From NCBI GenBank assembly GCA_013265495.1, contig MU058198.1, positions 3,918,419 to 3,982,418 on the forward strand: 64,000 nt of DNA, given 5' to 3'. This document shows positions 49,710-62,555 of this stretch, one piece after another; position 1 is the stretch's first letter, and each line of letters opens with the position of its first letter. The notes beneath the pieces are model-generated. The model ran no database searches and was not told the origin of the DNA. It saw only the letters and a program-made list of their open reading frames with translations. The position numbers and the translations under genes were made by a program. Source of the DNA: Vicugna vicugna. Its lineage: Eukaryota.

Positions 49710-51051
49710 GAGTCCTGTTAAGGTCCCCTTTGCATCTCAAAGGGTCACACCCCTGTCCCACTCTCACTCTCTTCTATTCACCTCGGTCCCAGCCCAGGGA
49801 ATTTTTATCTCCTCTATAGTAGGAAAACTTGGCTAATCCAATTTTTAAATAGTCTTCTAAATCTAGAGTATGGACCATGACCTCAGCTTTAGAAGCTCAA
49901 AAGCCCTTCTGCTGTGACACTCTGCCTTAAGGCAACAGATGTTTCATTTCTGATTGTCCAAATGGAAGAGGCTCACTGGGTAAAGAGAGACTAACCACAA
50001 GGGGAAAACACATCAGTTGACATAGCAGATTATTACCTCCCTATATAAATAATCAAAATATATTACATGGAATAAATCATGAGGGTGCTGATTTTTATTT
50101 CATCCAAGGTACAGAGGGAAAAAATACAACACGTACGGTGGAAAATCATGACATGTAAAAAACGACAGAAAAGCAAAAGGGCAATCTGCAGAACGTTGAG
50201 GATAATGTGATCTCATTTTTATTTAAAAAAAATGAGTTGTTATGTTTTCATATGATTTATCAATTTACAGGGAAAAAAAGCAAAAAGCAAAAGCCTGAAT
50301 GAGGCAGACACCCAAAAGTTCACAGCAGTTACCTCTCTGGAATGCAATTGGAAAGGGAGAATTTTTGCTTTGTTTCATACACAAGAGCATTTAAATAAAT
50401 CTATTAAAAGTTTCAGGTGAATAATCATGTTTCTAAATAATTAATGCTAAAATGTGATGGGAGAGAAAACGAAGACTGGATTCTTAAGATACAATGATTC
50501 TTTCATTAAGATTCCAATAAAACAAGGCTGAGATTTATAAAAAGATAAAAATAGACATGGTGAAATAAAAGAATGAAAATCAACACGAAGAAGTTATAAC
50601 AATCCTACACGCAAAGCTTAAAAAGAAGAAAAGGACACCTGATGAAAAGTTAGAGTGGAAAGGTGAAGTTGAAAAGCAGAAGCTTTGTTAACGCGATCTT
50701 TGTCTGGCTTCCCTAGTGAAAAATTTCCCATCAGAATTACTGTGTCTGCGAACACCCTTGGCCTCTACCACCTTCACCCGCACACCCCCGGGGCTCCAAG
50801 TTCCGTCCACACTTGACTTTTTGAACACCTACTTGTGAACACTGGATGTAGCTCCTTAAATCAAAGAAACACAAATCAACAAAAAGCAATTGCGCTGGCA
50901 GATCTTGGGTGGTTGAATCAGCTTTGTAGAACGTTTTTGAAATCTTAGCTCTCAGAGGGACTGCGCACTCGCCCTCCAAGGAGCAGGACAGAGCTGAAAT
51001 CGAATCCCAGGCAAGTTACCTCTCTACACCTCTGTTTCCTCTTTTATAAAG

Positions 51052-51522
51052 TGTGAAATAAAACTCACATTTTATGGCAAGACAAGAAAACTTTAAATGT
51101 AAAAATAATTTTCTCCGCCCTCTGGCCTACTCTCTTCCCTCTTCTGTGCACGGTGGATCTGCCTTCTGCATTGACCAAACCTCCCCAGCAGCAGAAATGC
51201 CTGCTCACCCATAAAGAGCAACATTCTCCAGCACCAACAAGACAAGCCCTTAAAAGATAACATCCCTTCTTGATCTTATAAAGGGGTCATTATGACCCAC
51301 CACTTTGTACCTGCAGATCTGGACCATGCAAACTCTTAATAACACATCATTCAAAGTATAGCCCTCTGTCTCAAAAGCCTATGTAATGAAGCTTTGACCT
51401 CTAACGGGCAGAACAGATCCCAGAGCTTTCTGAGAGGTTGTTCCTGGGTTATAATCCTCAACTTGGCTCAAATAGACTTTTCCACTTCTTTCTTAGATCG
51501 ACTGATTAATTTTTCATCAACA
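51052..51522 (+). mobile_element. ERV1 solo LTR, F family, inserted in a MIR
   Basis: tgtgaaataaaactc...ttagatcgactgattaatttttcatcaaca; MIR core rejoins across it (ctgtttcctcttttataaag|gggaaataagaacctacctcacagg). Confidence 0.9.
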
Positions 51523-52588
51523 AGGGGAAATAAGAACCTACCTCACAGGATTGCTATGAGGACTGAACACACATAAAGAGCAGTAGAAAACAAATAAGTT
51601 CAATTCTCTCCTTTTGTGAAGGAGTGGAACATGGTTTGAAGATTTCTTCAACAATACACAGCAAATATGTAGAGAAATTTACATTGAACTCAATGTCCTC
51701 TCTCTCCTGGGGCCACTTTTCATTATGTCAGGTTTGGTTTGGGGATTGCATTTTTTTTTTTTTGTTCCTTGACTTCAAGGGCCATTGTGGTCACATGCCT
51801 TCAAAGTTTCCAATAAGCAGAGATTTTCAGAGAGGTGATCCCCTGCCCCTCAAAACTATCTTAGGATCTGTTGAGTCCCCTGAAGCTGGGGTAGAAGTTC
51901 ATCTTTCACTCAGAAGAGCTTCTCACACAGAATAAGAGGAAGACTTACATGTCCTTCCCTAGGGTAAGGGTCCAGAGGGCACCTTAGCCTTTCATTTTTC
52001 TGTCATCACAGACTAAAAGGCTAGAAGGGCAATGTAATAGAGCTGTCTTTTTGTAAAATGAATTTAAATGATATGGAATGCTAAAAATGGACCAAACAGC
52101 CATTAAGTGGTCAGGGGACAGCCATCCCCCAACCTGCACCCAAGGCTGCTTTAAACCCCGCTAATGCCTGGCCTCAAAGCCCAGAATGGAATTAACATGA
52201 AGAAAGCAGAGCCAAGAGATGGAGAACGTGAGATGGAAACCTGATGTCCCACCTGAGCCGGACGCCCTCGAACTCTCTCCTTACATCAACCAATGTCTTG
52301 TTTTGTTTCTAAGCCAGTCTTCTTGGTTTCCTTCTATCTAAACAGAAAATGTCCTTATAAATATACCTGCCTTCCCTCATCTCTTCTTGTAAAAATTTTC
52401 AAGCTAAACTTCCCTGCCTCTTCAGTACACTCTCTCCATAGCCATTGTCTCAACTCGGGGACTAACAGGGATAAAATCCCAGTAATTTCAAATGTTTTCT
52501 CTTTTTTGGTGTAGCCCAAAGTCCAACAGGGTCACCGAGTCACCATGGTACCATTCAGCTAGCGATTTACCAACCATAATGCAGAGGG

Positions 52589-53218
52589 TGATGCAGGAAA
52601 TTGGATGGGGAGCGTGAGGAGGGCTGAGTCTCAGGGCTCAGTTGAACCCCTGGGATGTGCCCCGCCAAGTTTGAGTCCTTGGCTTCGTGCAGGAAAGAAT
52701 TCAAGTGTGAACCACCATTGAGTAAAGGTAGATTTATTTAGAAAGATACATACTGTATAGAGTGTAAGGCAAGAGAAAGACAAGGAAAGAGGTGTGGGAG
52801 TTGGGTGCTCAGGTTAAAGTAAAAGTAGGTACACACTCCATAGACAGAGTGCGTGCTGCCTCCAAAGAGGAGGGAGTGAGAAAGGGCCGCTGGGCTTGGT
52901 GTTGTCAGTTTTTATGGTCTCAGTAGCTTCACATGCCTACAGGTGGGATCAATCCAACTGCCCTGGGGAAGGGGCTGGGGTTCCCAGCGACTGGGCCTCC
53001 ACCCATTCTTTGGCCTTTTACAGTTAGCCTTGGGGCTGTCATGGCGCCTGCGGGCATGTTATTTGATCAGCTGTTACAATGAGCATATAATGAAGCTCAA
53101 GGTCCATTAGAAGTCAAACCTCTTAATCCTCAAGGCCAACTAGGAGGTGAATCTTCCACCATTTTGGTTGCTGTCATTCCTTGAGTGGCTGTGCCCTGCC
53201 GCCTTCCCTCCTGTCTCA
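52589..53218 (-). mobile_element. MER41-like ERV1 solo LTR (second subfamily)
   Basis: Perfect TSD aggg/aggg; minus strand starts tgagacagga like 41311; cttggcttcgtgcaggaaagaattcaag. Confidence 0.85.
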
Positions 53219-53364
53219 AGGGGACTGCAGGGGCTCTATTCTAAGGGTAGGAGGGTAGCCATTGCATCAGAATTCCAGTAGCACTAAGTGATGTCTCTAA
53301 AATATGATTGGCCATGCGGGGGGTCTACCTTCTGTTTGTCCTCCACCCAATGGATAGTTAGTAC

Positions 53365-53934
53365 TGAAACAGAGCAGGACTTGTGGGGTCCTCCCTGGTA
53401 CAAATCCTTTCTGTGCCCCCTGTTCCTTGTTTGTGGGAAATAAGCTTCATTCAGCCTCCTTGACCTTCCTTGAGTTCCAAAGGGCAGATTCAAGCAGTTG
53501 TTAATCTGGGAAGGAAGGGGATGAAGGACAAGGAAGGAACAGTCAAGAAACAATAGCACAGCCTTGGGGCAGGGGCCTGGTTCATCCTCAGGCAATATAC
53601 TTAACAAGATCTTTGAGTTCCTCTCCAGGAACTAAGGCCGCCATCCAGGTGGGGGATGGTAACTTCAGGCTGAGAACGAGATTCGTGGAACGCCACCTTG
53701 TTACCTCTCCAGCAACCGATCAGAAGAAAGTCACACACCCTCCAACCCTCACCCCCAAATTTTGCCTATCAAAACTTTTACCCCCAAACTGTGGGTGAGA
53801 GCAGGGTTTTCAAGCACAAGCCACCCATTCTCCTTGCTTGGCCCTGCAATAAACCTTTCTTTGCTCCAGACTCCAACGTTTCAGTTTGTTTGCCCTCACT
53901 GTGCATTGGGCACACAAACTTTTGTTCAGTAACA
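53365..53934 (+). mobile_element. ERV1 solo LTR
   Basis: tgaaacagagcaggac...gcaataaacctttct...ttcagtaaca; perfect TSD gtac/gtac. Confidence 0.88.
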
Positions 53935-54181
53935 GTACCACTTATTAAATGGAAAGACACTTCCATCTTGAGTGTCTCTAAGAGTCTCAGAGGAGGCAGG
54001 TAGTTGTGTCACATGCAAGACAGGCTTCCCTGTGCAGCCTGGAGACGCTCACACCAGTTCTGGTCCTGTCTAAGTCTGTACCTGTGACACTGCCAGTCCT
54101 GGTGTATCGGGCTGTTCACAGACCAAACAGTCTGCCTACCCTTCACCACCAGTGTCTTTGCTGCCCCTGACTGCTTAAGCT

Positions 54182-54644
54182 TGTCAACGACCAAAAAATT
54201 AATCAGTCCGTCTACGAAAGAAATGGAAATTTTTATTGTAGCCAACCTGAGGATTATAACCCGAGAGATAGTCTTTCAGAAAGCTCTGAGGGCTGTTCCA
54301 CCCATTAGAGGTCAAAGCACAGTTCTGTAAGTTTTTGAGACAGAGAGCTGTACAGTAAATGACGTATCGTTGACAGTTGGCACAATGTAGATCTACACTT
54401 ACAAAGGGAGCAGTGGGTCACGGGTCAGGGTCCCTTACTCCCTTACAAGATTAAGAAGAAGATTATCTCCTAAAGAGCTGTAACCGTGATGAGATTAAGA
54501 AGAAAGGTTATCTCCAAAGGAGGTCTGGTTAATGCAGACGCACAACACACACTAAAGGGGAGGGATGTTGCCCAAACAGGCGAAGAAAGCATTTATGTTT
54601 AAATTTTTCATCTTGCCATAAAATATGAATTTTATTTCATCACA
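54182..54644 (-). mobile_element. ERV1 solo LTR, D family (uninterrupted)
   Basis: Colinear with 11576-12507 minus its insert; candidate TSD agct/aggt. Confidence 0.88.
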
Positions 54645-55379
54645 AGGTTAAACTATTTTATTACATTTCTTACCTGTCTATGGGCATGAATCTATGTCCT
54701 TCACTGATTTTTCATATTTGAGTATTATTGAGGTTTTCTTATTGAAATACGTCTTTGACATTAAAGTGTTTTTTCCCCCACAGTGCCTTTTGCCTTTTTA
54801 TTTTGTTTACCACATATTTGATTCACAGATACTGGAAGAATAATGTAGTAAAATCAATCATTTCCCTCATGATTTCTTCCATTATTTTTGTGTTTAACAG
54901 GGTTCTCCTGGTTGTCTTGTAATTTTTCGAAACACTGTTTGAATTTGTATGTAGTAAAACCCAAGGGCATCCTTTTACACAGATTTTATTCTTGCTGTTA
55001 CACTCAAAAAGCCTTTCTTCCTCCCCAGGATCTGATAAAATAATCACATACATTCTTTTGTGTTCTCCTTTTCATGATTAACTTCTCTTGAATAAATTAA
55101 AATTAATAACATTTTATTATAAAAATAACATTTGTGACAAAATATATGTCTATTATGTGATGGTTAGGAAAGATGTTTTAGCAAATAAGACCAAAAATGG
55201 CATATAGAAACCCCATCACGAGATTATTTAAACATTCCTTTTGCATTGTCTGTTCAAGGGCATATATTAATTTTTTAATAATTCTTTTGAGGTCTCTTAA
55301 TGACCCTAGGTTCATGTTCAGTACTTTTATCTTGATAGACAGAACCCTTCTTAAATTTGGTATAATAAGAAATGTATTT

Positions 55380-55564
55380 GGGGAATGAGTGTAGCTCAGT
55401 GGTAGAGTGCATGCTTAGCATGCATGAGGTCCTGGGTTGAATCCCCAGTACCTCCATTAAAAACATTTTTTAAGACATTAAAAAATTAATAAATAAATAA
55501 AAATTATGTTTTAAAAATGCCCAATCTTACCCATAAGTAGAAAGAAAAAATTTTAAAAAAATTT
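55380..55564 (+). mobile_element. Vic-1-like SINE
   Basis: tRNA-like head, long A/T tail; degenerate TSD taagaaatgtattt / taagtaatacattt. Confidence 0.88.
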
Positions 55565-55977
55565 TAAGTAATACATTTATTTTGTGTTTATCTCCAGTCC
55601 TGGCACAAAGGTCCTAAAACCTTTGGAATTTCCTGAGTGATAGGAGTGGCTTTTGTCATTCATAAGGAGCCTGTTTAAGCACATCTGAGTTTACAGTGGT
55701 GACTGAGGGTGGGGCCGGTCACCAGACAGACCAGGCAATTAGATGGCTGGAGATTTCAGCCCCGCCCACTGACCTCTGGGAAGGGAGGGGGGCGGGGGTT
55801 GCAAATTAAGCTCTACAAAAACCCCTGGCCACTGAGATTTGAGGAGTTTCCTCGATGGGGAGTGCATCCACACGCTGGAAGACCAGGACTCTTCCAGATC
55901 TTGTTCTTCATCTGCTTCTTCAGCTGGCGGTTCACCTGTATCATTTACAATCTCCTTTATCATAAACTGTAAATAAT

Positions 55978-56142
55978 AACGTAAGTAAGCTACAAGGATA
56001 TATTGTCAGCACAGGGAATATAGCCAACATTTTATAATAACTATAAATAAAGCATAAATTTAAAAAATTGTGAATCACTACGTTGTACACCTGAAACTTA
56101 CATATCGTAAATCAACTAAAGCTCTAAATAAATAAGTAAATA
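55978..56142 (+). mobile_element. Short L1 3' end (L1MA9-like) in MER21
   Basis: ggatatattgtcagcacagggaatatagcc...tgtgaatcactacgttgtacacctgaaact; flanked by ataaactg repeats. Confidence 0.8.
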
Positions 56143-56559
56143 ATAAACTGATAAACAGAAGTAAATGCTTCCTAAGTTCTGTGAGCTTCTCTAGCAAATT
56201 AATCGAACCTGAGCGAGGGGTCTGGGAACCTCTGATTTATAGCCAGTGGATCAGAAGCACGGCTGACAACCTGGACTTGGGATTCCTGTGCGAAGTGGGG
56301 GGAATCTTACAGGACAGAGTCCTTTACTTGTGCGATTTGATGCTATCTCCAGGGAGATAGTGTCAGAATTGAATTCAATTTGTAGGACACGCAGTTAGCA
56401 TCCTCTGAGGATTGGAGAATTGTTTGGCGGTGTTGGGAAAAACATACATTGGAAGTTCCGTGTTCCTTCTCTCACTACTAGATACGTCTGTATCGATTTC
56501 CTAACTTATTTTTGCTCTCTGACACTTCAAGTCCTCTAAAGATGCTTTTTTTTCCCCCT

Positions 56560-56790
56560 AGTGCGGGATTTGTCAACCTTGGCACAACTGACATGCAGGG
56601 GCTGTCCTGTGCATGGTAGATTGTTCAGCAGCACCCCTGGCGTCTACCTGCTAGATGCCTGGCAAAATCAGCCAGCCCTCCCCTCAACCAACTCTAAGTT
56701 GCAATGACCAAAAATGTCTCCAGACATCGCCTAATGGGGGGAGGGGGCTGTGGGGGTGGAGGAGGTAGCCCCCTGCTGAGAACCACTGTC
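56560..56790. mobile_element. MER20 MITE
   Basis: tcaaccttggcacaactgacat...ggggctgtcctgtgcat...aaaatgtctccagacat...gagaaccactg. Confidence 0.85.
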
Positions 56791-57684
56791 CTACAGTGAC
56801 CTTCCCCCGAAGGACCTCACCTGCCTATTTCATGCCTACTTATCCTCTGAGATCAGGGCCAAACCTTACCTCAGCCTAAACATGTTCTTCAACCTTCTCC
56901 TGTAAGCAAAGTACATCACATTCCCACAAAGAGGGTGCAACCTCTTTCTTTCTCTCATTAAGCTGTTTTGTGATCTCGAACATTGTCTACCCACCCTGGA
57001 CTCTGAGCTCCCCAAGTGTCTACATCCCCCAAGCATGGTGCCTAATGAGTGTTTGTAGGGTACCCGCAAACGTCCTAGCCTTCGTACAGCCCGCTATGAA
57101 ATGCCATCTGTCTGTATGTGGGAAGTGAGATACAGGGAGTGAAATATTGCAAGTTTCTGGACCCCACAAGATGGGTATATTAGCCAGCCTCAGGGCCCCC
57201 AAATTGAAACTTCACATCTCTTTCCATATTATCTTCTTGAGAAAGTCATGCTGTGGGGATCATAAATTGTGTTTGGTCACCACGCATAGCCGTGCTCACC
57301 CAGCTCCAGCAACAAAGTAGGGGGCAGTGGGCTTTCCCTCCACACTTGAGTGACCATAAACAGACTGCCTGCCAATCAAGTAGAAGAACACCCAGGGAAC
57401 ATCTTCCTACAGAAGTCCCTTGCAAGAGCTCAATCTTTTTAAACAGGGCAATGAAACCTTGTTGCTACAAGCTTGGTGCAGGGGCATCCCATGAAGTCAG
57501 ATGTTATCAAAATTCCACAAACATTCCTGTCTATCTATGTGTGCTGCCAACAATAGCTCTGGACCGCGCACCAGATCTGGGCTTCCAGAAAGTTGACATT
57601 GGTGCTTTGTGGGAGGTAAGTGAGGCCTCCAGGCTTCCCTGCTTGAAGACGTCAACCTGGTGCCTCCAGTGTTCAATGAGTAAC

Positions 57685-58061
57685 TGTCTAAGTCCATTTG
57701 AGCTGCTATAACAAGATACCATAAGCCAGGTGTCTGACAAACAACTGAGTGGCAAATAAACAAGTTTATATCTCCTAGTTCTGGAAGTTGGGGTGTCTAA
57801 GCTCAAGGCACCTGCACATTCTGTGTCTGATCAAGACTCCCTTCCTCATTCACAGACAGCTACCTCATTGCTCTGGCCCCACATGGCAGAGAGGTAAGGA
57901 AGCTCTCTGGGGCCTTTTTAAAAGGGCACTAATCCTATTCATGAGGGCTCCACCCTCATGACCTAATCACCTCCCAAAGGTCTCACCTCCTAACACCATC
58001 ACATTGGGGGTTAGAATTTAAACACATACATTTGCGGGGCACAAATATTCGGTCTATAGCA
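57685..58061 (-). mobile_element. MLT1A-like MaLR LTR
   Basis: TG...CA termini, perfect 5-bp TSD gtaac/gtaac, gggcactaatcctattcatgagggctccaccctcatgacc. Confidence 0.9.
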
Positions 58062-58591
58062 GTAACTATCATGCCCAAAACATCCAGAGAGCAAGCTGAA
58101 TATCCAGAGAGCAGCTTGAAGCTGTTCCAGTACAAGAAGAAACATTTCCTTCACAAGTTAATAAAAACATCTTTTCCTTTTTGGCTGTCATTAGAAATCT
58201 GAATATAATGCTCCTTCTGAGTGGGTAAAAGTGATTTTAGTGTATGACTAAGAATGGAAAAACAGGAGACAAAAACAGGTATGGAACAAGCTTTTTTTTT
58301 CTCTTTCCATTTTCATTTGCGTAAGAATTTTTAATGCAAAACAGGGACATAAAGCATTCATGCAAGTCAAAATATTTCGTAAACAATTCTATAATAATCA
58401 TAAATAAACCAGTTAAGTATTTTCTAGACCATGCCAGCATCTGGATTTTTTTTCCCCATGGGGAAGCTAAGTGATTTAATTTTGTTTTATTTTATTTTAT
58501 TTTCTGATTAAATTTTAAATCAGAGTTTAAGACAACGGAAGGGTCCATGCCACTGTACATGATGCAGAGACCAGTATCTGGATTTTTTAAG

Positions 58592-58648
58592 ACTTCCTTC
58601 CTTCCTTTCTTCTCTCCTTCCTTCCTTCCTTCCTTCTTTTCTTTCTTG
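58592..58648. repeat. (TTCC)n/(TTTC)n low-complexity tract
   Basis: cttccttccttcctttcttctctccttccttccttccttccttc. Confidence 0.85.
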
Positions 58649-60714
58649 CTCTCCTCTGTTTTAGGAGAAAATGGAATTTATTTGAATTTTAGAGATAAAA
58701 TACATAATTTCAAGGAAATGCCAGACTTTCAGAGAAAAGTTTGCCTGCTTCACAGTATGCACTCCCACTCTTATGACATTAGAGATACATCCATGAAAAT
58801 ATCTGAAAAGCATTAATACAGAATTTTAAAAGTTACCATTATCAAAGAGTAATTAGTAAATACTTCTAGTACTAATTAGAGAGACCAGAGAAGAATGCAC
58901 CAAATTTAGCAAAATATATACATTAGATGCTGTTGGTGCCCCACTCAGATACTCTCTGCTTGGACAGTGAACACCACGCCAAGCTCCTTTGGGTATTCGC
59001 TGCCCACACAGTCCCCTATGACAAAGATTGCTCTCCTCCAATGAGAGCCATCTTAAGCAGGTACATTTCCTATCTGATGACAATTAAATGACATTTGTAG
59101 CCCTTTCATTGGATAGTAGATTCCATTCATTCATTTTGTTAAAAAAAAAAAAAAAAAAAGCAAGTCATCCACCATGGAAGTACATGTTTTTAACGTACTT
59201 CTCTGTTGTTCCTGCGGGTTTGTTATTAAAATGCAATGAGTCGAATGCATTGATATAATTTTTAATGCTCTGTGGAAGCTGGACAACTTTTATTTGACTC
59301 ATAAACTGAAGCCCCAAGTGGTTTAGGACCGTGCTTCAAAATCTGTTCTGTGTGTTCAAATCAGCTGGGAGTCTTGTTCAAATGCAAATTCGGGGTCAGT
59401 AGGTCTGGGCTGGGGCCTGAGATTCTGCATTTCTAACAAGAGCCCAGGAGACAGGCTGATACTGCCACCCCGGGGCTCACACGCTGAGAGGAGGGTTTAT
59501 AACCCACACAGCTAGTTTGTGCCTCTCGGGATGAGGACTCAGGTCTCCTGACTCTTCTAGTCTTCTTTCAACTCTATTGCAAGGACTTTAATAAGGTAAT
59601 CATAAAATGCATCATTCAAACTGAGACTTTTTTTTTTCTTTAATTTAAGTAAAAGGAAGCACCATGAACAATTACCAGGCATAAGGCAGAACCAGCCAAG
59701 GCAAGTAGGGACTTATGGCTACCCTAGCTTTAACAGAAGTGGAGAGTACCTGCCAACAAAGTATTAAACATTTATTTTAAACCTACTGGGAAGAAGTGCA
59801 GTGCTTTCTCCAAGAGGAAGTCACTCTGGAATATTTTGCAACTGCTAGAGATGTTTGGAAGGGTAAATAAAGAGGAAGGGTAAGAGGAATAAACTTAATT
59901 TATGTAGTTGTTCAAAAGGATATTGATAAGTTTCTCCAGTAAATGCTGATAAAGATGAGTCAGCAAAGGATGGAAGGAATGTTTCCTCGTGATAGGAAAC
60001 TGACTTAGAGCCCAGAAACAAAGGCGAGGGATAAACAGGCACTTATCTAAGCTGGGGTGGGTGGCAAGCCTGCTGCGTACTGAGGAGAAAGGAGTGATGG
60101 GATTGGCTGTTAGGAGCCAAGAATGTGCACTTGGCTTAAAATAAGGAAGTGAGTGTATTAAAAAGGCAGTTTCAAGGTGTTGGAGTTTAGGAGTGGGTGA
60201 ACAGGAGGTTAGAATAAATGCCAGGTGAGATAACACCTTGAATAGGACCAGTCTTTTTCACCCAAAGGAAAACTAACTTCAAGGTAAATACAATTAAAAA
60301 TAAAATGCTCAGCTTGTCAGCTTGGATGAGTATTGGGGGTGAAGTGCGTGACTAAGGGGAATACCGTGCAGAAACTGCAATGAGATAGCATAGTTTAGAC
60401 CAGAGGCTCTCAACCCCAGCTGCCTATCATGATCACTTGGGGAGTGTCTGCAAACTACCAACTCCGAGGCTGCCACCTGGATCCACTGAATCAAAATCTT
60501 AAGAGGATGGGCAATTGTGTTCTGAGGGAAGAAACACTCCCCTGGAGATTCTGATGCACAGCCAGGGCTGAATACTAATGAGTTGATTACTAAGAATGAT
60601 GTAGAAATAAAGGTTAACATTTGTTAACCAAAGAAAAGGGATTTCAGTTAGGTAATGGAGCGTAAGAACATGGGGCATGATTCTTAATATTTATTTTTCT
60701 TCAACATATATCAA

Positions 60715-61108
60715 GAAATGGAATGCACTCTTTGTATATTTGTGTAAAACACACACAAATATATTGCTTTACACAAATATACAACTTAACAAATTGTGTA
60801 AAGTGAACACCTATGAAACCACCATCAGATCAAGAAGTAAGATTATTGCCAGCACCCCAGAAGTCCTTCCTGTGCCCCCTTCCAATCCCACCCCTTCCCT
60901 ACTCTCCAGAGGTAACAGCAATCTTGGCCTTTTTTTTTTTTTTAAGTGGAGGTACTGGGGATTGATCCCAGGACCTCATGCATGCTAAGCACGCAGTCTA
61001 CCACTGAGCTATACCCTCCGCCTCATGTCGGTCTTCTTTCACTCAATATTTTTAAGAGATTTACCCATGTTGTTGCTTGTGGTTTTGCCCTTTTCATTCT
61101 CAGTGCTG
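60715..61108 (-). mobile_element. Old L1 3' fragment (antisense)
   Basis: accaccatcagatcaagaag...ccagcaccccagaagtcc...ttctttcactcaatatt...ttacccatgttgttgc. Confidence 0.75.
60930..61024 (-). mobile_element. Vic-1-like SINE (antisense)
   Basis: poly(T), ggaggtactggggattgatcccaggacctcatgcatgctaagcacgcagtctaccactgagctataccctc. Confidence 0.9.
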
Positions 61109-61113
61109 TAGAG

Positions 61114-61310
61114 CAAGGTTCAATAAACTGCAGCCTGTGGGCCAAATCTGGCCCATCACCTGTTTTGTAAATAAAGTTTTATTGGAATACCACCACACCT
61201 ACTAGTTTCATATTGTCCACAGCTGCCAACACACCACAATGGCAGAGCTGAGTACTTACAGTGGTGACCATATGTCCCCACAAAGCCTTAAATATTTGCT
61301 ATCTCTGTTT
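61114..61310. mobile_element. MER58A hAT MITE
   Basis: gcctgtgggccaaatctggccc...ttttgtaaataaagttttattggaa...acaatggcagagctgagt. Confidence 0.85.
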
Positions 61311-61624
61311 GACCAACTGAAAGGGGGGCCATAATACTCATCTCTAGAGGACACCTGTACCTCAGCAAGGATAGCCAATACAACTTACTAACTCAAAAAT
61401 ATCAAGTATAACTCCTCCCATTTGTACCATGTTGTCCATCCATGGGACATCCATTACCTTAACTCACCCATGCAAACAGTAAACATTTATTTTACCCAAA
61501 CACATCCCAGGTTTTGGGTCTGCGCTAGATCATCAGAAGAGCTCTATACAATGATTATGATTCACTGGGCATTTGTCCTGTGCCTTTATGTTAACCATTC
61601 TGCATATATTATCTTCTTAGCCTT

Positions 61625-62555
61625 TCTATAGCGAAGACCATTATTCTCCACAAAATGTTCACGCTCCCCATTCCATGGTGTGGGGTTGTTGTTCCCAACA
61701 AGGTATGACATTTCCCAGCTTTATAGTTAGGGGCACCATATAACCAAGTTCTAGCCATGGAGTGTGAGTGGAAGCAGTGTTCACCTTTTCTTATGCTGGT
61801 CAATAAAAGTCCATGAGCTCCTCTGTGTTCTATTCCTCTTCCTCTTGAAGCAAATGCTAAAACCCAAAGGGATGGTGGCCCGAAGACAAGGATCCTAATG
61901 TGGTAGCCAGTCTCCAGTATGGTTCCCAATGATTCTCACCTCCAGATATTCAAACCCATACAGTCACCTCTTAAACTGAGTAGGAATGAGTTGTGTGATC
62001 AATAGGATTTAATGGAAATGATGATGTATGACTTCTGAGGCTAAGCCATAAAAGACACTGTAGTTTCTGCCTTGCTTTATCTTAGATCACTCCTCTGGAG
62101 GAAGCCAATGCCATGTTGTAAGGACACTCAAGTAGCCCTGTGGAGAGGTCCATGTGATAAGGAACTGAGGCTTCTTACCAATAACCAGCATCAACTTGCC
62201 AGGCCCATGAGTCACATCTTGGAAGCAGATCTTACAGTCCCAGTCAAGTTTTCAGATGACTACAGTCCCAGCCAATATCTTGAATACAATCTCATGAGAG
62301 ACTCTAGCCATGATCACTCATCTAAGGCAGTCCCAAATTCCTGACCCTTGGAAACTATGTGAGTTAACAAATATTTACATTGGGTAATTTTGTTACACAG
62401 CAATAGATAACTAATACAACTGGGTCCCAGTATGACTACAAGAAGAATTACCACTGACTAGAAATGAGTGAGTGATACATAAGTGTCTATAGTGTTAAGC
62501 TATTAAACATTTGGGGTTTATACTACATTGGATAGCAACTACTCTAACTATTACA
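61625..62555 (+). mobile_element. MLT1E-like LTR (61899-62418) nested in an older MLT1 LTR
   Basis: tgtggtagccagtctcc...ggaggaagccaatgccatgttgtaagg...gcaatagataactaataca; host rejoins aaggatcc|tgggtccc. Confidence 0.7.

Larger units (their letters stand above)
55358..56455 (+). mobile_element. MER21-like LTR with SINE and L1 inserts
   Basis: cctggcacaaaggtcctaaaacctttggaatttcctgagtgatagg; gttctgtgagcttctctagcaaatta; gatagtgtcagaattgaatt. Confidence 0.8.

Noticed and set aside
15744..51522. Single 35-kb provirus bounded by two same-orientation F-family LTRs
   Set aside because: The 15744 LTR has its own perfect TSD, the 51052 LTR splits a MIR that rejoins across it, and no gag/pol/env lies between them.
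57312..57331. CTCF site (aaagtagggggcagtgg; also agcgccccc near 19563)
   Set aside because: Only the 3' half of the motif matches; the CCAC/CCAG part is missing.
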